NCBI GenBank assembly: GCA_043228905.1
Contig: JBHGNT010001309.1
Location: forward strand, 1-9,961
Direction of reading: 5' to 3'
DNA length: 9,961 bases
From: Azolla caroliniana
Taxonomy: Eukaryota > Plantae > Polypodiophyta
Every line of letters begins with the position of its first letter. Position 1 is the stretch's first letter. Shown here one piece after another: positions 8,894 to 9,961 of the stretch. The translations under genes were made by a program, and so were the position numbers. The notes under the pieces are model-generated. The model did no database searches. It had not been told where the DNA came from and was given only the letters and a program-made list of their open reading frames with translations.

Positions 8894-8935
8894 TTAGCAG
8901 CAGAGAATCAGAGGGAGGAATATCCGGATCGCCAT
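8894..8935 (-). other. Upstream ORF (13 aa, MAIRIFLPLILCC) in the putative PPT 5' leader
   Basis: The sequence reads gtcaATGGCG ATC CGG ATA TTC CTC CCT CTG ATT CTC TGC TGC TAA. It is the only ATG between the TATA-like element and the main ATG, is out of frame with PPT and ends 103 nt before it. Whether it is in the mRNA depends on the TSS. Confidence 0.45.
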
Positions 8936-8968
8936 TGACGACGTCTGATCCTGCTGGAAAGACTTTGG

Positions 8969-9027
8969 TATTTATGTATATACCATGGCTTAACGGTTCG
9001 TTTCGGTTTGAGCCGAAACCGGGCCCA
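8969..9027 (-). promoter_or_regulatory. Putative PPT core promoter: TATA-like element and site II motif
   Basis: On the minus strand, TATATACATAAATA (8982-8969) lies about 180 bp upstream of the ATG and is followed by a pyrimidine-rich leader. A TGGGCC site II (TCP-type) motif is at 9027-9022. Confidence 0.45.
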
Positions 9028-9109
9028 TTGCTATAGGAAGATAAGGAAAATGAAATAATTCATGTAATTTGCTCCTTTTCATTGTTTGGTTTGTAGGCAA
9101 AAAAAACAT

Positions 9110-9961
9110 TACTATGTGTGATCAAGAAAAGCTCATGGCTCAACCCAACCAACATTTCATCTAGGAGGCTAAGGAAAAGGAAATCATTATATGGACTTCA
9201 TTGCAATGGTGTTGTTTATCCCTCGTATAGAAGTATTTTTTATATGAAAATATATATTCCATATGGTAGAATTTTGAACACGGCCACATGGGATATATCA
9301 GTCTTGGTGCACAAGTGACAATTGACCCCATTGACTACTATTATTGGAATGGTGGTTAATGGTGTGAAGTAGGTGATTATGGCCATCTGTCGTATGGTTT
9401 TTTTAAAAGGTTGGAGTATATGAGGTATATAGGATGCGAGTATAAAGCACGAGGATATCACAATGAGATGCCTCGTCTTACCTGAACCATATGTACAAAC
9501 CATGTATGTACCCGAGGACTCTATGTTTCAACATACCCCAACAAAAATTTGGAGAACGAATGTTTGTATAAAGAACATCCTCAAAGGCCCATTCTTATGG
9601 CAACTTGAGTGACCACTCACACAGATAAGTGTGTGTAGTGTTTCCTAATCAATGTCTATATGGCAAGAGGAGCAGTATGACATGGAGGTCCTTCATGTAG
9701 TGCGTTGATAAGCTGTTGAAACTTGTAAAACAAATGAATATCACTGTTTGATAGTGCTCCTCTATCGTGGGTATCGACAAGTGTGCAACTCGAACATCAA
9801 GAAGAAAGTTGTTAAGAAAGCGAGGGAGCTTCGCATGGTGCAAATCAATCAAGCATCCCTTTGTACATATACCTCTCAAGTTAACGAGATATGATCTTAT
9901 GGGATACCAATATAGGGGTTTCGTCAAATGCAATCATGGAATTATACCTCCTATACAAGTT
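9110..9961 (+). pseudogene. Highly degenerate Mutator-like (MULE/MuDR) transposase remnant
   Basis: Collinear motifs appear through stops and frameshifts: IPYG..NTATW (to 9291; cf. P.A.A.VE.EN..SW), PLTTIIGMVVNGVK*VI (9328-9378; cf. LTIISDR.KGL.NAV..VFP), HLSYGFFKR (9384; cf. C..HL..NF.K), QHTPTKIW (9529; cf. IP.E.WAR), YGNL (9596), DKCV*CFLINVYMARG (9624-9671; cf. NN.AESFN..I..AR) and MEVLHVVR. Similarity was judged by eye only. Confidence 0.55.

Overview
This is plant (angiosperm-type) nuclear DNA with spliceosomal introns, so the supplied ORF track is mostly spurious. It holds two convergent genes. On the + strand are the last two coding exons of a LURP-one-related (LOR, Tubby C-terminal-like) gene (42-263, 580-738). 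On the - strand is a complete 12-exon palmitoyl-protein thioesterase (PPT1 family) gene (8790 to 4176, 303 aa) with a signal peptide and an intact Ser/Asp/His triad. Between them lie a heavily decayed Ty1/copia integrase remnant, a CpG-rich LTR-like segment with a 17-bp degenerate repeat, and a nested tandem array (about 190-194 bp x4, then about 116 bp x2) just downstream of the PPT stop codon. The PPT introns carry a clean hAT-type MITE with a perfect 8-bp TSD, a decayed foldback element and microsatellites. Upstream of PPT are a compact promoter, a short uORF ending in Cys-Cys and a decayed Mutator-like transposase. I see no clear new biological system. The best leads are the uORF, the divergent PPT active-site and lid residues, and the nested repeat array in the PPT 3' region. 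All family assignments come from manual translation and remembered motifs; no database search was run.
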